Of a stretch of DNA of 64,000 nucleotides, positions 61,411 to 64,000 are shown piece by piece. Under the pieces are notes generated by a model that was not told the origin of the DNA, ran no database searches, and saw only the letters and a program-made list of their open reading frames with translations. Origin of the DNA: Candidatus Methylomirabilota bacterium (lineage in GTDB: Bacteria > Methylomirabilota > Methylomirabilia > Rokubacteriales > CSP1-6); the NCBI GenBank assembly GCA_035764725.1, contig DASTYT010000130.1, forward strand, positions 364-64,363, read 5' to 3'. Within the stretch, counting starts at the first letter, position 1, and each line of letters begins with the position of its first letter. A program made the position numbers and the translations under genes.

Positions 61411-61791
61411 ATGCCGCTGACCGTCCGAGTGAGCCGTGACGCCGCCGCCACCGTGCGCGTCCAGCCCTCCGGCAGCCTGGACAGCGCGACCGCGGGCATC
61501 CTCGAGCGCGAGCTCGCTCCGATTCTCGGGAGCGCGGCGAAGGTGCTCGTCCTCGACTTCACCGAGGTCACCTTCGTGTCCAGCGCGGGCATCCGCGTCG
61601 TCCTCGCCGCGCGCAAGCAGCTGGCCGACCGCGGCGGCTCGCTGCTCATGGCGAATCTCCAGCCGCCGGTGGCCAAGGCCTTCGAGATCGTCCGGGCCAT
61701 CCCCGACGTGACCATCTTCAAGAGCGTCGCGGAGCTCGACGCCTACCTCGCGGCCATGCAGCGCAAGGCGGGCGGCGGCCCCCCGCGCTAG
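61411..61791 (+). CDS. STAS-domain anti-sigma-factor antagonist
   Basis: ..LVLDFTEVTFVSSAGIRVVL.. carries the conserved phosphorylatable Ser. 126 aa. Confidence 0.85.
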   Translation: MPLTVRVSRDAAATVRVQPSGSLDSATAGILERELAPILGSAAKVLVLDFTEVTFVSSAGIRVVLAARKQLADRGGSLLMANLQPPVAKAFEIVRAIPDVTIFKSVAELDAYLAAMQRKAGGGPPR

Positions 61792-61888
61792 CCCGCTCTC
61801 CTCGCTGGGTCCGTCCGCTCGTCCCCAGGCGTCCGCGCGGCGGTGGCGGCCATCGCGCCGGTGGCTGATCGTCGCCGCCCTGTTCGCG

Positions 61889-63064
61889 GTGACCTACGGC
61901 ATCTCCACCCCGCTCGCCGCCTACGGCGTCTTCCTGCCCATCCTCGCGGAGAGCTTCGGCTGGAGCCGCGGCGCCGTCAGCGCGGCCCTGTCGGTCAATC
62001 TCCTCGTCGGCGGCCTCGCCGGCTTCGTCATCGGAGGGCTGGCCGATCGCCACGGCCCGCGCATCCTGCTGATGGCGACGGTGGTTATGGCGGGCGCCGC
62101 CTTCGCGCTCGTGGGCGCCGTGCACGCGCTCTGGCAGCTCTATCTGTTCGTGGGGCTGCTGGGCGGCATCGGCATGTCGAGCTTCTACCTGCTCGGGGCC
62201 GCCACCGTGACTCATTGGTTCGTGACCCAGCGCGGCCTCGCCCTCGCCCTCGTGCTCGTTGGCTTCAACCTGGGCTACGTCACCGGCGGGCCGCTCGCCG
62301 CCTGGCTGATCGGCGCGTACGGCTGGCGCGCCGCTTACGCCATGCTCGGAAGCGGCTGCGGCCTCCTGACCCTGGGCGCCGCCCTCACCATCCGGCTCCC
62401 CCGAGGCGGCGAGGTCGGGCCGCGGCCCGCAACGATCGCGATCGGCCACCCGGCGGCCATGGAGGCGACGCTGCGGGACGCGCTTCACGACCCGCGCCAG
62501 TGGCTGCTCAACGCCTCCTGGCTCTGCATGGGCGGCCTCGCCCTCATGGTCAACGTGCACATCGTGCCGTTCGCGCGCGATGCCGGTATCGGGCTGGCCG
62601 GCGCTTCGCTGGCCCTCACCGCGTACGGAATCGGCGCCGCCGGCGGCCGGCTCCTCGGCGGCGTGGTGTCCGACCGCCTCGGCTCCGTCACCACCCAGCG
62701 GCTCGCGTTCCTGATCACCGCGCTATCGCTGGTGGCGCTCTACTGGGCGCCGTCGCACCCCGCCCTCCTCGGCGCGATGGCGGCCTTCGGCGCGGGCTTC
62801 GCCGCCACCGATACCCTCGTGGTGAAGATCATCCCCGATCTCTTCGGCGTGCGCGCGATCGGCGCCATCATGGGCGTGCTCGCGCTCGGTTGGCGCTCGG
62901 GCGCCGCGCTCGGGCCGGCGGCCGCCGGCTTCCTGTACGACGCGACGGGCTCCTATGCGTGGCCCTTCGGCCTCGCGCCCGCGGTGGCGCTGACGAGCTG
63001 GGCGTGCTTCGCCCTGGCCCTCCGGTGGCCGGTCAGTACCCGAGGGCGCGGTCGACCAGGTTGA
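61889..63064 (+). CDS. MFS transporter (oxalate/formate-antiporter-like); true start probably upstream of the first canonical start codon
   Basis: 12-TM MFS pattern (..GGLADRHGPR..). The in-frame sequence upstream of GTG 61889 (..RRWLIVAALFA-VTYG..) looks like the missing half of TM1 but contains no ATG/GTG/TTG. The only in-frame alternative is CTG at 61805. Confidence 0.75.
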   Translation: MTYGISTPLAAYGVFLPILAESFGWSRGAVSAALSVNLLVGGLAGFVIGGLADRHGPRILLMATVVMAGAAFALVGAVHALWQLYLFVGLLGGIGMSSFYLLGAATVTHWFVTQRGLALALVLVGFNLGYVTGGPLAAWLIGAYGWRAAYAMLGSGCGLLTLGAALTIRLPRGGEVGPRPATIAIGHPAAMEATLRDALHDPRQWLLNASWLCMGGLALMVNVHIVPFARDAGIGLAGASLALTAYGIGAAGGRLLGGVVSDRLGSVTTQRLAFLITALSLVALYWAPSHPALLGAMAAFGAGFAATDTLVVKIIPDLFGVRAIGAIMGVLALGWRSGAALGPAAAGFLYDATGSYAWPFGLAPAVALTSWACFALALRWPVSTRGRGRPG

Positions 63065-64000
63065 GGAGCCGCTCCTTCGCGAGGAAGCGGCGCAGGTTCT
63101 CCGCGAAGAGCTCCACGCACTTGTCGTCGTAGCTGGGGAGAAAGCCCGACACGTGGGGCGAGACGATGACATGGTCGAGCCCGTAAAGGGGATGCCCCCG
63201 CGGCGGCGGCTCCTCCGCGAACACATCCACCGCGGCGCCGCCCAAGCGCCCCTCGCGCAGCGCCGCCGCGAGGGCCGCCTCGTCCACGCTGGCGCCGCGG
63301 CCCACGTTGATGAAGAACGCCCCCGGCTTCATCGCCGCCAGCTCGCGGGCGCCGATCATCCCCCGCGTGGCCGGCGTGAGGGGGGCACAGTTCACCACCA
63401 CGTCGGCGCGCGCGAGGAGCGCGTGGAGGTCGCCCGGGCCGTACCAGGCGGCGGGAATCGCTCCCGACGGGTCGCCGGCGCCGGGCAACGCGTAGCCCGG
63501 GTCCGCGCGCCGGCTGGGGTCGCGCTTGCAGGCCAGCACCGTCATGCCGAAGGCCGCGCTCGCCATGCGGGCCAGCTCGCGCCCGATGCTGCCGTAGCCG
63601 ATGATGCCCAGGGTGGCGCCCCGCACCTCCACCGGCACGAAGAGCGGCCAGCGCTCGCGATCCTCGGGCCAGCCGCCCCGGGCCCGCCACTCCACCATGC
63701 GGGGCACGCGGTGAGCGAGGGCCAGCATCACGGTCACCGCATATTCCGCGATGGCGGCGGCGTGCACGCCGCTGGTGGTCGTGAGCGGGATCGCGCTCCC
63801 GGAATAAAGGGGATGATCATCGAGCGCGTTCACCCCCGCCATGTGGAGCTGCACCCATTGGAGGCGCGGGGCCCGCGCGAGATCCCGCGGCGGAGCCCCG
63901 GCGTAGAGCACGTCCACGCCGGAGTAGTCCGCCGCCGCGGGATCCGCGCCCGTGACGCGCAAGGCGGGCGAGACCGCGCATACGCGGTCGAGCTGCGCCT
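63033..64000 (-). CDS. D-isomer-specific 2-hydroxyacid dehydrogenase family protein; 5' end probably beyond the window
   Basis: GIIGYGSIGRELARMA NAD motif, ..FINVGRG.., ..AAVDVFAEEPPP..VSPHVSG... The frame stays open to position 64000 upstream of the TTG at 63962. Confidence 0.8.
   Translation of the reverse strand, partial: AQLDRVCAVSPALRVTGADPAAADYSGVDVLYAGAPPRDLARAPRLQWVQLHMAGVNALDDHPLYSGSAIPLTTTSGVHAAAIAEYAVTVMLALAHRVPRMVEWRARGGWPEDRERWPLFVPVEVRGATLGIIGYGSIGRELARMASAAFGMTVLACKRDPSRRADPGYALPGAGDPSGAIPAAWYGPGDLHALLARADVVVNCAPLTPATRGMIGARELAAMKPGAFFINVGRGASVDEAALAAALREGRLGGAAVDVFAEEPPPRGHPLYGLDHVIVSPHVSGFLPSYDDKCVELFAENLRRFLAKERLLNLVDRALGY

Overview
The window is very GC-rich (about 70% by eye, not computed) and densely coding. 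I call about 66 protein genes. I recognised no rRNA, tRNA, CRISPR array, transposase, integrase or phage genes. Because of the GC content, almost every real gene is shadowed by long spurious ORFs in other frames. Calls were therefore made from protein family signatures, Shine-Dalgarno-like sequences and start/stop overlaps (ATGA/GTGA), not from ORF length.

Most of the window is a soil-bacterium style metabolic patchwork:
- orphan periplasmic solute-binding proteins (one TAXI, two family-5, one ABC_sub_bind);
- oxidoreductases (SDR, MDR, FAD-dependent, Rieske, Fe-ADH);
- TauD-type dioxygenases and a LigAB extradiol dioxygenase;
- amidohydrolases, family III CoA-transferases, alpha/beta hydrolases and exporters.

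Five loci stand out:
1. 42670-48953: a tightly coupled six-gene operon. It holds two ferritin-like (diiron-type) proteins, each followed by a 2x[4Fe-4S] ferredoxin, then a stand-alone A-T-TE synthetase, then an MIO-type aromatic amino acid ammonia-lyase/aminomutase. The A domain lacks the alpha-amino-binding Asp and the TE has a Cys nucleophile. I cannot match it to a characterised biosynthetic pathway, and it is my best candidate for an undescribed system.
2. 1-1856: an HprK-related kinase, a PqqD-like peptide chaperone and a nucleotidyltransferase, with a 72-aa twin-arginine peptide gene directly upstream as a candidate substrate.
3. 7728-9914: an ECF sigma factor whose ZAS-type anti-sigma partner is fused to both alkyl-acceptor modules of Ada (an MGMT domain and an Ada-type Zn(Cys)4 domain).
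4. 3278-4762: a membrane pseudokinase with a Pro-rich repeat tail.
5. 59061-61791: an all-in-one REC-HPt-REC-PP2C-HATPase protein followed by a STAS partner-switching protein.

All functional calls are family-level recognitions from reading the translations. No searches were run.
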